Shown one piece after another: positions 20,013-28,987 of a DNA stretch of 64,000 nt. Each line of letters starts with the position of its first letter. The first letter of the stretch is position 1. The translations under genes and the position numbers were made by a program. The stretch lies in the IMG/VR virus record IMGVR_UViG_3300045993_000138; one strand, given 5' to 3'. The DNA is from a virus (lineage: Duplodnaviria; Heunggongvirae; Uroviricota; Caudoviricetes). The notes beneath the pieces are model-generated. The model was not told where the DNA came from. It searched no databases and worked only from the letters and a program-made list of their open reading frames with translations.

Positions 20013-20090
20013 GCCCTCGTAGCCCAATTGGCAGAGGCGGCAGGTTCAAACCCTGTTCATGTGTCAGTTCAAATCTGACCGAGGGCACCA
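20013..20090 (+). tRNA. tRNA, anticodon read as CAA (Leu by anticodon) with a class-I-like short variable arm, A73 and encoded CCA
   Basis: Acceptor GCCCTCG/CGAGGGC. T-arm GTCAG-TTCAAAT-CTGAC. Anticodon stem GCAGG/CCTGT with loop TTCAAAC. A TATAAATA motif lies ~10 nt upstream. Confidence 0.65.
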
Positions 20091-20246
20091 AATTTAGAGA
20101 GAAGACTATGGATGAATTACCAGAGAAATCTACGGATAGTCAGAAAACTGATTATCAGAAATTCTTAGAGAAGAGAGAAGCTGGTGAATTTATTCCAGAT
20201 TCAGAATTGGAAATGTATCTTAAACTTATAGAAGAAGTGAAGTAAA

Positions 20247-20555
20247 ATGTCAGTTTGGTCAACAACTCCAATTTCGTTAACTCCAGATATTGAAATATTA
20301 TCATGGTCTGTGCGTCAAATTCAAAATGGTGATCATCATCTTGTTGGATATAATGGAACAGAAATGGAGGGTCGCGTCTCTTCCAAGATTCTAAGTTTTG
20401 ATAACCCGACAAAGACTGCCATTACCGCATCTGGTAGAACATACAAGCTTGTTGGTGAATCTGGTTCTGATCCAGATGCCGAATATGTTTGGTCTGTTTG
20501 GAAAAGAATTAATAAAGTTAAGACTTTCGTGGATGTTTCTGATGAATATTCTTGA
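20247..20555 (+). CDS. Hypothetical protein
   Basis: ORF located between tRNA genes. Confidence 0.35.
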   Translation: MSVWSTTPISLTPDIEILSWSVRQIQNGDHHLVGYNGTEMEGRVSSKILSFDNPTKTAITASGRTYKLVGESGSDPDAEYVWSVWKRINKVKTFVDVSDEYS

Positions 20556-20580
20556 CTTTTAAAGAAATATCCTATATAAT
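20552..20580 (+). promoter_or_regulatory. sigma70-type promoter for the tRNA-Arg gene (TTGACT-N17-TATAAT)
   Basis: Perfect hexamers. The -10 ends 11 nt before the tRNA 5' end. Confidence 0.5.
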
Positions 20581-20591
20581 ATATTGACAAT

Positions 20592-20668
20592 GGCGCTATA
20601 GCTCAACTGGACAGAGCGGAAAGCTTCTACCTTTCAGGTTGTGGGTTCGAATCCTACTAGCGTCGCCA
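20592..20668 (+). tRNA. tRNA-Arg (anticodon UCU), CCA encoded
   Basis: Acceptor GGCGCTA/TAGCGTC. D-arm GCTC-AACTGGACA-GAGC. Anticodon stem GAAAG/CTTTC with loop CTTCTAC. T-arm GTGGG-TTCGAAT-CCTAC. Confidence 0.8.
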
Positions 20669-20692
20669 AATTTAAAGTGATATGGAAATTAT

Positions 20693-21355
20693 ATGATTGA
20701 ACACAATGGAAGCATCTACCTCTCGGGTGGAATGGAACGCGCAGTAGATCTAGGATCACAGTGGCGTATCCAAGTTTCCGAAGAAATCAAACATATGGGT
20801 TTCCTACCACTAGACATTACCGCACTGGATAAGGCATATACTGCCGTTCATGGTAAGGTCATTGCTGGTGAAGATGAACTTCACGATAAGTATAACATTC
20901 GCTATCAATTCATCTATACTGATCTACGTCTGATCATCGAAAATACAGATGCGGTAATTGCGTATTACGATGAACCGTTCAAGAACGGTGCCGGATCATT
21001 CGCAGAATGTCAGTGTGCCTATGATCACGGTAAGCCACTGTTCATTGTATCTGCGTTTCCGAAAGAACAGATGCCATCATGGTTGAAGGCACTTGCCACA
21101 AAGATTTTCTTTGACTTTGAAGATCTCTATGATTATCTTGCGAAGCTTCCAAAGCAGATTTTGACCACTAAGAAGTGGAGTACAAATCATTCATTTGTAT
21201 GTTCAATGTGTGGTGATGCTACCAAGAAAAGAGAATATCATTACGTTCTCAAGAGCAATCATCCATACTGTGACAATTGTTCGTGTGTAGTTGCGCAGAC
21301 TCACGCAAAGTATGCAGATCGTTATGAGTTTATCAGTGAGATTTTGGGGTTATAA
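20693..21355 (+). CDS. Nucleoside 2-deoxyribosyltransferase-like fold protein with C-terminal Cys-rich region
   Basis: SIYLSGGME ... [29 protein letters not shown] resembles the Rcl/NDT family. C-terminal CSMCG...CDNCSC. Confidence 0.35.
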   Translation: MIEHNGSIYLSGGMERAVDLGSQWRIQVSEEIKHMGFLPLDITALDKAYTAVHGKVIAGEDELHDKYNIRYQFIYTDLRLIIENTDAVIAYYDEPFKNGAGSFAECQCAYDHGKPLFIVSAFPKEQMPSWLKALATKIFFDFEDLYDYLAKLPKQILTTKKWSTNHSFVCSMCGDATKKREYHYVLKSNHPYCDNCSCVVAQTHAKYADRYEFISEILGL

Positions 21356-21356
21356 A

Positions 21357-21629
21357 ATGCCGTATATTGTAGATGGAAAACGACTTTATCTTGACGATGA
21401 AATCAATGCTCTTGCGCGAGCAATCGAAGCAGCTTCTTCGGAAGAAGGTCGTGCTGGTAATCTGAACTACTCAATCACCAGACTTATTGATCGTCTTTAT
21501 GATCGTCGTTATTCGGAAATCAACGATGCCGTTGGTGTTCTTGAATGTGTAAAGTTGGAATTCTATCGTAGAGTCGCTGCACCTTATGAAGACAAAAAGT
21601 GTGTCGAAAATGGCGACGTTTACCGCTAA
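21357..21629 (+). CDS. Hypothetical protein
   Basis: ATG 21357 (MPYIVDG). The longer upstream ORF overlaps the previous gene. Confidence 0.35.
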   Translation: MPYIVDGKRLYLDDEINALARAIEAASSEEGRAGNLNYSITRLIDRLYDRRYSEINDAVGVLECVKLEFYRRVAAPYEDKKCVENGDVYR

Positions 21630-21638
21630 ATAAAATTA

Positions 21639-21716
21639 CGCCCAAGTAGCGCAATCGGCAGGAGGCAGCAGATTTAAAATCTGTACAGTACGGGTTCGAA
21701 TCCCGTCTTGGGCACC
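21639..21716 (+). tRNA. tRNA, anticodon read as UAA (Leu by anticodon) with weak D-stem and short variable arm, A73 and CCA encoded
   Basis: Acceptor GCCCAAG/CTTGGGC. T-arm ACGGG-TTCGAAT-CCCGT. Anticodon stem GCAGA/TCTGT with loop TTTAAAA. D-stem pairing is poor. Confidence 0.55.
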
Positions 21717-21731
21717 AAACAGGAATATAAT

Positions 21732-21980
21732 ATGAGTAACGTGATTAGTGTGATGTCGATGACAGATGAAGATCTACAGAGATCATTGAATCTTGCTTAT
21801 ATCAATACATTGAAGTCTCTAGAAGTAGAAAAGTTTCTTACGAAAGAACAAGTCGAAGATCTTGAAGTCAATTATTTGATCGTTATCGAACGAAAGAGTT
21901 GGCTTCCAAAGTTTTTGAGTGAACGATTTGGTCTTACTAAAGACGATCAACTGATCACCAGATTGGTACGTAGAATCTAA
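21732..21980 (+). CDS. Hypothetical protein
   Basis: Start trimmed to ATG 21732, because the track start at 21708 lies inside the tRNA. Confidence 0.35.
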   Translation: MSNVISVMSMTDEDLQRSLNLAYINTLKSLEVEKFLTKEQVEDLEVNYLIVIERKSWLPKFLSERFGLTKDDQLITRLVRRI

Positions 21981-22216
21981 TGTTCGTTTCTCCTAATCCA
22001 GATTGTGTTGATGATTGTCGTTTCAGAGAAAATGGAGGAATTTCAACATTGAAGTATTATCCTCCAATCTACGATAAGACTGGTAGAAACACCAATCCAG
22101 ATCGTAACTGGCACACATCAGAAGTGACTTGTACAGTGTGTGGCGCACAATGGATTAAGAAACAGGTGGGGTCAGATACCCCAACTTTTACAAAAATATC
22201 TGCGGAAAAGGCTTGA
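21980..22216 (+). CDS. Small Cys-containing protein
   Basis: CVDDC...CTVCG motif. Confidence 0.35.
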   Translation: MFVSPNPDCVDDCRFRENGGISTLKYYPPIYDKTGRNTNPDRNWHTSEVTCTVCGAQWIKKQVGSDTPTFTKISAEKA

Positions 22217-22241
22217 CAGAGGACAAAATTTACTATATACT
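22213..22241 (+). promoter_or_regulatory. Strong sigma70 promoter (TTGACA-N17-TATACT) driving the downstream noncoding locus
   Basis: Consensus -35 with a near-consensus -10. No ORF follows for ~460 nt. Confidence 0.5.
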
Positions 22242-22249
22242 ATGTTATA

Positions 22250-22570
22250 TTGATTGGATACTGCAAACCAACTAAAATGAAAAGGTATTGGCGTAAAACC
22301 CACATCCGACTGCCCCAACAGTAAATGGGTGTTCTCTGAGATACATGAGATAAGGTTAGTTTCCGTAACAACTGCCAATCAGATTTGAATTTTTTTAGAA
22401 TAGGTTCAGCAAACCAAAAATGCTTGGGAGAAATCCCAAACCAGCAAGCCTAGTCCTCTTAAGGGACGAGTTATAAGGTTTAGTAAAACCCGACTATTCT
22501 GTTGATTTTAGGATACTTGCAGCAATCCAACACTACTATTGTAAAGTAAAAAGGTATCCTGTTGAAATTT
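22250..22570 (+). ncRNA. Noncoding repeat-containing RNA region (candidate Y-RNA-like / structured RNA modules)
   Basis: No ORF >60 aa. Repeated units each contain ..CAGCAA(A/T)CCAA..AAAATG.. and paired arms (AGGATAC...GTATCCT; GGGAGAAATCCC). GTAAAACCC(N)CGACT occurs twice. Confidence 0.3.
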
Positions 22571-22687
22571 GGGATCAGTTCAGCAACTCTAAAATGGAAA
22601 CCAGTAGGTCGTGGGTTCGAATCCCGCTGTCATCGTAAGATGACATAGCTCAGTTGGTAGAGCAACAGGCAAATAAAAGTTGATCCC
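22571..22687 (+). ncRNA. Circularly permuted tRNA-like module enclosed by a terminal helix (YrlA-type Y RNA candidate)
   Basis: Order is terminal helix GGGATCA, then variable/T-arm (GTGGG-TTCGAAT-CCCGC), acceptor 3' strand TGTCATC-G, loop TAA, acceptor 5' strand GATGACA, TA plus D-arm GCTC-AGTTGGTA-GAGC, and terminal helix TGATCCC. The Rsr-like gene starts 19 nt downstream. Confidence 0.5.
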
Positions 22688-22705
22688 GTTTGTTATAGAA
22701 GGAAT

Positions 22706-24121
22706 ATGAAAATGAACTCATTTGTAAACGCAGTTAAGACCGTTCCAGTTCTCAAGCGTACTGAGAATGGCATGAAGGCACAGGCATCAACAATGTCTGC
22801 TGTTGTCGATCTTTTCTACAAGATCGGTGGTTCCCGTGGAATGCAGATCGTTCCACAGTTCGAAAAGGCATATCAGGATAATCCAGACCTAGCACTTCGT
22901 GTTGCTCAGTGGGCACGCGATGTCCGTGGTGGTGCTGGTGAACGTCAGCTATTCCGTGATATTCTTCTACACCTAGAAGCGCATCACACCGATGTTCTTC
23001 TTGGAACACGCCTACTCAACAACGTCGCAGAAATCGGACGTTGGGACGATCTCCTAATCTTCACCAATGGTGTTGTAAAGGCGAAGGCATTCGGCATCGT
23101 CGCGGAAGCACTCAAGATCGGTAACGGTCTTGCGGCAAAGTGGATGCCACGTAAGGGTTCGGTTGCGGCTGAACTTCGTGCGTACCTTGAACTATCACCA
23201 AAGGCATATCGTAAGCTTGTTGTTGGTCTATCCAACACAGTCGAGCAGAAGCTTTGTGCGCGTGAGTTTGAGAAGATCAACTACTCACACGTTCCATCAC
23301 TTGCGATGTCACGTTACATGAAGGCATTCTCCAAGAATGACGCAGAACGTTTCGTTGCATATCGTGAAGCCCTAAAGGCTGGCGATAAGACTGTAAAGGT
23401 AAATGCTTCGGCAGTATACCCATACGATGTTATCAAGTCTCTACGTGCTGGTGATAAGGACGTTGCTGACGCAATGTGGAAGGCACTTCCAGACTACATG
23501 GATGACTCAAATGTTCTACCAATGGTAGACGTTTCAGGTTCGATGGGATGTTCAGTTGGTGGAAACGCCAACCTACAGTGCATCGATGTTGCTCTTTCGC
23601 TCGGTCTATACTGCGCGGATAAGAACAAGGGTGCATTCAAGGACATGTTCCTAACATTCTCGGGTTCACCAGAACTTCTTGTATTGAAGGGAACACTTTC
23701 ACAGAAGATGGTTCAGATGAATTCTTCTCGTTGGGGAATGAACACCAACCTTCACGCTGCTTTCGAGCGTGTACTTGAGACTGCAATCAAGGGTAAGGCT
23801 TCTGCGGAAGACATGCCATCGATCATGCTTATCCTCTCGGACATGCAGTTCGACATGTGTACGTCTTACGATGACTCTGCAATGCAGATGATCTCTCGTA
23901 AGTATGAGAAGGCTGGATATAAGCTTCCAACCATTATCTTCTGGAATCTCAATGATCGTGCTGGAAATGCGCCAGTCTCATTCAACCAGAAGGGTGTTGG
24001 TCTTGTATCAGGATTCTCACCTTCGATCATGAAGGCTATTCTGTCCTCGGACATGGATACGCTTTCACCAGAAACCATCGTCCGCGATGCGGTGATGATT
24101 GATCGTTACAACTACGTCTAA
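22706..24121 (+). CDS. TROVE/vWA-domain protein, Ro60 (Rsr)-like
   Basis: vWA MIDAS motif VDVSGSMG at the position expected for Ro60 (LALDVSASM). TROVE-like N-terminal region. Genomic coupling with a tRNA-like ncRNA. Confidence 0.5.
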   Translation: MKMNSFVNAVKTVPVLKRTENGMKAQASTMSAVVDLFYKIGGSRGMQIVPQFEKAYQDNPDLALRVAQWARDVRGGAGERQLFRDILLHLEAHHTDVLLGTRLLNNVAEIGRWDDLLIFTNGVVKAKAFGIVAEALKIGNGLAAKWMPRKGSVAAELRAYLELSPKAYRKLVVGLSNTVEQKLCAREFEKINYSHVPSLAMSRYMKAFSKNDAERFVAYREALKAGDKTVKVNASAVYPYDVIKSLRAGDKDVADAMWKALPDYMDDSNVLPMVDVSGSMGCSVGGNANLQCIDVALSLGLYCADKNKGAFKDMFLTFSGSPELLVLKGTLSQKMVQMNSSRWGMNTNLHAAFERVLETAIKGKASAEDMPSIMLILSDMQFDMCTSYDDSAMQMISRKYEKAGYKLPTIIFWNLNDRAGNAPVSFNQKGVGLVSGFSPSIMKAILSSDMDTLSPETIVRDAVMIDRYNYV

Positions 24122-24145
24122 AAGCGTGTTGTATTGTTGAAAGTA

Positions 24146-24180
24146 AGTGCTAGTCGGTTTTAATCGGCTAGCACTTTTTC
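24146..24180 (+). terminator. Rho-independent terminator after the Rsr-like gene
   Basis: GTGCTAGTCGG-ttttaat-CGGCTAGCAC followed by TTTTT. Confidence 0.45.
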
Positions 24181-24278
24181 ATTTGGAGATTAAGATGATT
24201 AGTGGATACGTTATGCTAGCTTTGATCATCACTGCTATCGTTACTATGGTCGATTTGATTATTAAAAGTGAGTAGAAT

Positions 24279-24692
24279 ATGACACATGCAGTATTGAATC
24301 TGGACTTCATTACGGTTTGGAATCCAGAAACAAGTAGAACAGAGGTTAATATCTTCGCTGGAAATAACAGTGAACCCATTCTTGTTATTCCACTGAGAGA
24401 CATTGTGACAGCAGGAATTGCACAGGATCTTGACTATCAGGCTTCTGAGTTTTCTCAGCACAAGCCTTGGATGCACGAAACTGACATTGCAGAGAATCGT
24501 CTAGTTTCCAAGGAACTTCGCCAGCTATCGTTTGAATATGATGTTCTAGTGGACAATTACACTTCTGATTCTGGATTTGAAACAGAAGAGGAAATGCTAC
24601 AGGAACTTGTCAGAGAATCAGAGGAAATGGGATTGTATGAAGATCCCTATCTTTACTATGATCCAAGCCTGAACTATAATGGTGGACTTTAA
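24279..24692 (+). CDS. Hypothetical acidic protein
   Basis: ORF with RBS. Confidence 0.35.
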   Translation: MTHAVLNLDFITVWNPETSRTEVNIFAGNNSEPILVIPLRDIVTAGIAQDLDYQASEFSQHKPWMHETDIAENRLVSKELRQLSFEYDVLVDNYTSDSGFETEEEMLQELVRESEEMGLYEDPYLYYDPSLNYNGGL

Positions 24693-24699
24693 GAATCTA

Positions 24700-24712
24700 G
24701 TGTGATATAATG
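24700..24712 (+). promoter_or_regulatory. Extended -10 promoter element (TGTGATATAAT) for tRNA-Met
   Basis: TGn plus TATAAT, 8 nt upstream of the tRNA 5' end. Confidence 0.35.
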
Positions 24713-24719
24713 TAAATAT

Positions 24720-24796
24720 ACGGCTGTAGCTCAGTGGTAAGTAGCAAGCGCCTCATAAGCGTTAGGTCGTTGGTTCAACCCCAACCAGTCGTACCA
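24720..24796 (+). tRNA. tRNA-Met (anticodon CAU; could also be lysidine-modified Ile), CCA encoded
   Basis: Acceptor ACGGCTG/CAGTCGT. Anticodon stem AGCGC/GCGTT with loop CTCATAA. T-arm GTTGG-TTCAACC-CCAAC. Confidence 0.75.
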
Positions 24797-25161
24797 TCTT
24801 TAGGAATGAAATGAATAACGCATACGAAAAAGGTAGTCTGCCGTGGGTTCAGTGGAATCACATCGATGGTCCGCTACTACATCTTCGCAATGGTGAATTG
24901 TACTGGCTTTCTTGGTGGGATCGCATTCAGTTGCGTTTGAAGTGGACTGATGTTTATGCACTCGAAAGTAAGTATAGAGAATGGAAGGGACTAAGATGAG
25001 TCAAATTGAAGAAATTGAACAGAAGAAAATAATCCTACGCCAAAATGGATATCACACTCTCTGGCATGAAGAAAATTGGGTTCACAAAGATGATCCAAAT
25101 CCAGATTGGTCTGGTCGTCCATTAGAACAAGCATATAATCAACTTATGAAGTCGCAAATGT

Positions 25162-25578
25162 ATGACTAAAATCGGAGTCACTGGTGGCAGGAACTACAAA
25201 GATAAACTTTGGGTTTTCCATATCATGGATTATGTCTATCGTAACACAGAGGACATATTTTTAATTGTTGGTGATGCTGCTGGCGTTGATGAATTTTGCA
25301 GAGCATGGGCAAAAGATCGCTGCATTCCACACGAAATATTCGAAGCAAACTGGACTAAGTATGGAAGGTCTGCTGGACCTTTGAGAAACAAGGCTATGAG
25401 AGATTCTGGTATAGAATTGCTGATAGCATTCGAAGGTGGTATTGGAACTAAAAACATGGTGCAACTATGCAAAGAGAAGAAGATCAGGATATTGACTCCA
25501 CCGAACAGGTCGATGATCATAAATCTAGAAGAGCCAAAAGAATCCAACAAAAACAGCGACACATCAAAAGACAGTTAG
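25162..25578 (+). CDS. SLOG/DUF2493-like nucleotide-binding fold protein
   Basis: IGVTGGR...LIVGDAAGVDEF...LIAFEGGIGT glycine-rich motifs. Weak. Confidence 0.3.
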   Translation: MTKIGVTGGRNYKDKLWVFHIMDYVYRNTEDIFLIVGDAAGVDEFCRAWAKDRCIPHEIFEANWTKYGRSAGPLRNKAMRDSGIELLIAFEGGIGTKNMVQLCKEKKIRILTPPNRSMIINLEEPKESNKNSDTSKDS

Positions 25579-25964
25579 AGATCAGAAAAAGATCTGGATG
25601 GGGTCCAAATCACAATGATCCAAAGCAACTTCAACCTCATAGAATGGCAAAGAAACGTGCCAACGATTGTGGTAGATCTAACTGCATGTTGTGCGGCAAT
25701 CCAAGAAGAAGTAAGTTAACCAAAGCTGATCGACTAACAATACAAGAAAAAAGAGCAGAAGAATATGAAAAGAGTTTTGATGATTTGGATGGGTGAGTTT
25801 TGGAAATGCATTCGCAAGGCAATATTCTTCACGTTTCTGATGTCACTGGTAGTGTTGTTCTTTGAACTCATTGCCACCGGACAATTCCTTGCACTCATTA
25901 CATACATCATGCTCTTATCGATTATCTACGCAACCATAATGACACTAGTAAAGGCATACGAATA

Positions 25965-26546
25965 ATGGATAGCCAGCAACAGTCATACTACGCGAAAAAT
26001 AAAGATAAAATTTTAGCGAGTTCTAAAGATAATTACAATAAAAATAAAGAAAAGATTCTCATTAGAACAAAGAAATATAGAGAAGAAAACAAGGAATATT
26101 TCAAAGAATATTCCAAGAAATATAGAAAAGAAAATAAAAATACTCTGAAAGAATCTAGAAAAGGATATTACTCAGAAAACAAAGAAGTAATAACAAAGAA
26201 AAGAAAACTTTTTTCAGAGAAAAATCCATTTCGTCATAGATTAAATTCTTCAAAGAAGAATGCAAAAACCAGAGGAATATACTTTAATCTTACTGAAGAA
26301 AATATTAGAGTTTTGTGGGACATGCAAGATGGTCTTTGCTACTATAGTAAAATACCAATGAGTCTGATATTTGGTAATGGAAGAGTAAATTTTGATGTAT
26401 TTTCCATTGATCGTATAGATCCATCTAAGGAATATACTTTTGATAATGTTGTTTTGTGTAGATGGATAGTTAATCAAATGAAAAGTGATATGACTTTAGA
26501 AAATTTTAGGAATGAAGTAAAAACTTTAAACGAGAACATGAAATGA
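25965..26546 (+). CDS. Lys-rich protein with C-terminal HNH_3-type endonuclease domain
   Basis: C-terminal FSIDRIDPSKEYTFDNVVLCRWIVNQMK is paralogous to the HNH at 9833-10288. N-terminal half is low-complexity K/E/N. Confidence 0.45.
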   Translation: MDSQQQSYYAKNKDKILASSKDNYNKNKEKILIRTKKYREENKEYFKEYSKKYRKENKNTLKESRKGYYSENKEVITKKRKLFSEKNPFRHRLNSSKKNAKTRGIYFNLTEENIRVLWDMQDGLCYYSKIPMSLIFGNGRVNFDVFSIDRIDPSKEYTFDNVVLCRWIVNQMKSDMTLENFRNEVKTLNENMK

Positions 26547-26824
26547 AAGATAGAGAATCAGAGTTGATGACAATTTTACAAGAAGAAGCCAGTGAAGTAA
26601 CACAGGCTATTAGTAAAATATTCAGATTCGGTCCTAGTGGGTTCAATCCCAAGGATCGCAAGAAGGTCACAAACATCCATCATCTTGAGGATGAAATTGG
26701 TGATATTCTAGGCGTTCTAAAGCTTCTCATTGAAGAAGGTTATGTGGACGGCGAGCGCATTCAGAAAGGTGCGGAAGCAAAGGTCAAGAAGCTCGACAAG
26801 TTCATGACAAATCCACCAGAATGA
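26543..26824 (+). CDS. MazG-like nucleotide pyrophosphohydrolase (small all-alpha NTP-PPase)
   Basis: EEASEVTQAI...EDEIGDILGVLKLL matches the MazG EExxE...ExxD pattern. Confidence 0.55.
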   Translation: MKDRESELMTILQEEASEVTQAISKIFRFGPSGFNPKDRKKVTNIHHLEDEIGDILGVLKLLIEEGYVDGERIQKGAEAKVKKLDKFMTNPPE

Positions 26825-27579
26825 AACTAAGTATTCCAATGCCGAAGATCATCGTGGCAGAGTTTCCTAATAGAAAGGAACTCACGATGACTATGTATCG
26901 TATTCAGGAACACTATGAGTCTCCGTTTCTGAATATCAGAGGAAAGGTATTCTCAGTAGAAGAATTCATAGACACTCACATGGACGATAGTGGATTCATT
27001 TCATACTTTCATGAATGGAACGGATTCAATGTCTCTGGACAAGTTCTCAATCAATTCTTTCGTATTTTTCCAGTAACCGAAAGAGAAAGGGATCTTCTGA
27101 ATGCAATTACCGAACATGTAAATCTAAAGGATGAATATTACCTGATTGCCATTCTCAATAACGACAAGCTAACATTGAAGCATGAATACGCACATGCTCT
27201 GTGGCTGATCGATCCTTTGTATCAGAACATGGCAAAGATGTTGATTGGAGATATTCTGATCAAGCACCACAGAAAGATGACAAAGACTCTATTGCGAATG
27301 GGCTATGATCAATCTGTAGTTGACGATGAAATCAATGCATATCTCTCTACCAGTTCAAATAATGATCTGATCGACATGTTTGATATTGAAGAGTATGATG
27401 AAATAAAGAACATCGTCAGGAAATTGAAGAAACTTTTCAAAGAGAAGCTTCAAGCGCACGAACTAAGCGTTCGATCTGATGCTGCCGAAGCACTAGAAAA
27501 AGCATTCAAGCGTGGCGACAGACTGATTGCAAAAGGAATCAAGCCAAGATTTACGATCAAAGGAACACCAGATCCGTAA
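26821..27579 (+). CDS. Hypothetical protein (252 aa)
   Basis: ORF; no motif. Confidence 0.4.
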   Translation: MKLSIPMPKIIVAEFPNRKELTMTMYRIQEHYESPFLNIRGKVFSVEEFIDTHMDDSGFISYFHEWNGFNVSGQVLNQFFRIFPVTERERDLLNAITEHVNLKDEYYLIAILNNDKLTLKHEYAHALWLIDPLYQNMAKMLIGDILIKHHRKMTKTLLRMGYDQSVVDDEINAYLSTSSNNDLIDMFDIEEYDEIKNIVRKLKKLFKEKLQAHELSVRSDAAEALEKAFKRGDRLIAKGIKPRFTIKGTPDP

Positions 27580-27606
27580 GTCATTGATTTAACTCAAATT
27601 TTCACA

Positions 27607-27635
27607 CTTGACTTCGATTGCGATATTAGCTATAA
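27607..27635 (+). promoter_or_regulatory. sigma70 promoter (TTGACT-N17-TATAAT)
   Basis: Upstream of ATG 27665. Confidence 0.45.
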
Positions 27636-27664
27636 TGAAGTACAGTGAAGTTTTGGAGTTTTTG

Positions 27665-27817
27665 ATGAATATTACGAAGTCTGAGTATAATGCCATTGTG
27701 CAGGAACGTGATGCGTACAAGAAGATTCTTCTTGCCATTTCGGATACCGAGAAGGTTGACGGCATTGTTCTTTACCGTATTCGTAAGCTTCTGATGAAGT
27801 TTCTGTTGGTGAATTGA
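27665..27817 (+). CDS. Small hypothetical protein
   Basis: Trimmed to the ATG downstream of the promoter. Confidence 0.3.
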   Translation: MNITKSEYNAIVQERDAYKKILLAISDTEKVDGIVLYRIRKLLMKFLLVN

Positions 27818-27818
27818 T

Positions 27819-28052
27819 ATGAGTGACAGTTACCGTCTACCTGATCGTAGCATGACTACAGACCTAAAGAGGTTTGAGGATGCATGGTATTCGATCATTC
27901 TTCCCATCGAAAGAAAGTATGGAGTCAAATGCATTGCATTCGATCCAAACATCACATTCTTCAATCCGAGTGAGTATAACGGAAGTTTCGATATGCCCAT
28001 CTGGTTCGCAGAAAAGCTTGTAGAGGACATTCGCAATAGTGAAGCACAATAA
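27819..28052 (+). CDS. Hypothetical protein
   Basis: ORF with GTTGATATG overlap. Confidence 0.35.
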   Translation: MSDSYRLPDRSMTTDLKRFEDAWYSIILPIERKYGVKCIAFDPNITFFNPSEYNGSFDMPIWFAEKLVEDIRNSEAQ

Positions 28053-28173
28053 GCACTATGTCGAGCAGCGCAATGCTGCGATTTACGTGGTTTGTGTGTT
28101 TCTCGCACTTGCCGCATACGTGGGCTTTCTAAAGTACCTCATAACTCATTGATTTGATTAAAGTTTATAACTC

Positions 28174-28201
28174 TTGACTTTCTCACCCCAAATGCTATAA
28201 T
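28174..28201 (+). promoter_or_regulatory. Conserved promoter-leader cassette A (TTGACTTTCyCaCCCCAAATGCTATAATGG ... GGTTAGGAGATTGAT-start)
   Basis: Near-identical copy at 34086-34137. TGn extended -10. Confidence 0.5.
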
Positions 28202-28226
28202 GGTATTACAAGGTTAGGAGATTGAT

Positions 28227-28418
28227 ATGAGTGTTCGCAGGTTTCAGGTAGTCATTCGCGGTTCGAACGGTCACGAACTAGATCGCAGTGACATCATCAG
28301 CTTTCTCAATGAAGACGATGCATTTCAGGATCGTGTCATTCGTGAAGCGATGTATGAATTCGGCTTGAACCACATTTTCATGATTGGTGATTCGATCACC
28401 ATCGAAGAGGTTGAGTAA
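28227..28418 (+). CDS. Small hypothetical protein
   Basis: First gene after cassette A. Confidence 0.35.
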   Translation: MSVRRFQVVIRGSNGHELDRSDIISFLNEDDAFQDRVIREAMYEFGLNHIFMIGDSITIEEVE

Positions 28419-28699
28419 ATGTCACTTCGCAAAATCGGCAAGATCTACGGTGAGAAAACCTTCGGGTGGCACCGTCGCATCAAGGGTGCAAACAAGAAGC
28501 TTTCTTCGCGTATTGCCCGTCGTCGTCTGAATCGGGAGTTTGAGTAAAATGAGTAATCAATCAGTAACATATGGAATGAGTCTCGGCGGCACCATTGCCG
28601 TCGTTGCCTCATGGTCGATCAATCATAGTATTCTGTGGGCAATTCTCCACGGATTCTTTGGTTGGTTTTATGTTCTTTACTTTGCGATTGTACACTAAA

Positions 28700-28987
28700 A
28701 TGGATCATCTAGAATACAGACCGAAGGATTTCGAAGAGCGTTGTTGGGACGCCGAAGCAGAGGTTGTGCGACTTCGTGAAGAAAACGAATCTCTGAAAAA
28801 GGACGCAGAACGTTATCGTTGGCTGCGCGAGAATGCTATGTTGCGTGATCCATATGATATGGGTTATGGTCCGAGTTCTTGGAATTGGACTATTGAATTG
28901 GAGACTGGCAAGAGTGGTGGAAGAACCCCGCCAAACAGTACACCAACTTTCGATGAAACTGTGGATGCCGAAATGGCGAAGTATTGA
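28700..28987 (+). CDS. Hypothetical coiled-coil protein
   Basis: Trimmed to ATG 28700 (MDHLEY). Confidence 0.3.
   Translation: MDHLEYRPKDFEERCWDAEAEVVRLREENESLKKDAERYRWLRENAMLRDPYDMGYGPSSWNWTIELETGKSGGRTPPNSTPTFDETVDAEMAKY

Noticed and set aside
22639-22700. Apparent tRNA 5' half (GATGACA-TA-GCTCAGTTGGTAGAGC) as an independent tRNA gene or pseudogene
   Set aside because: No anticodon arm or T-arm follows. The acceptor complement lies immediately upstream with a 4-nt loop, so it is better explained as half of a permuted tRNA-like module than as a truncated tRNA.
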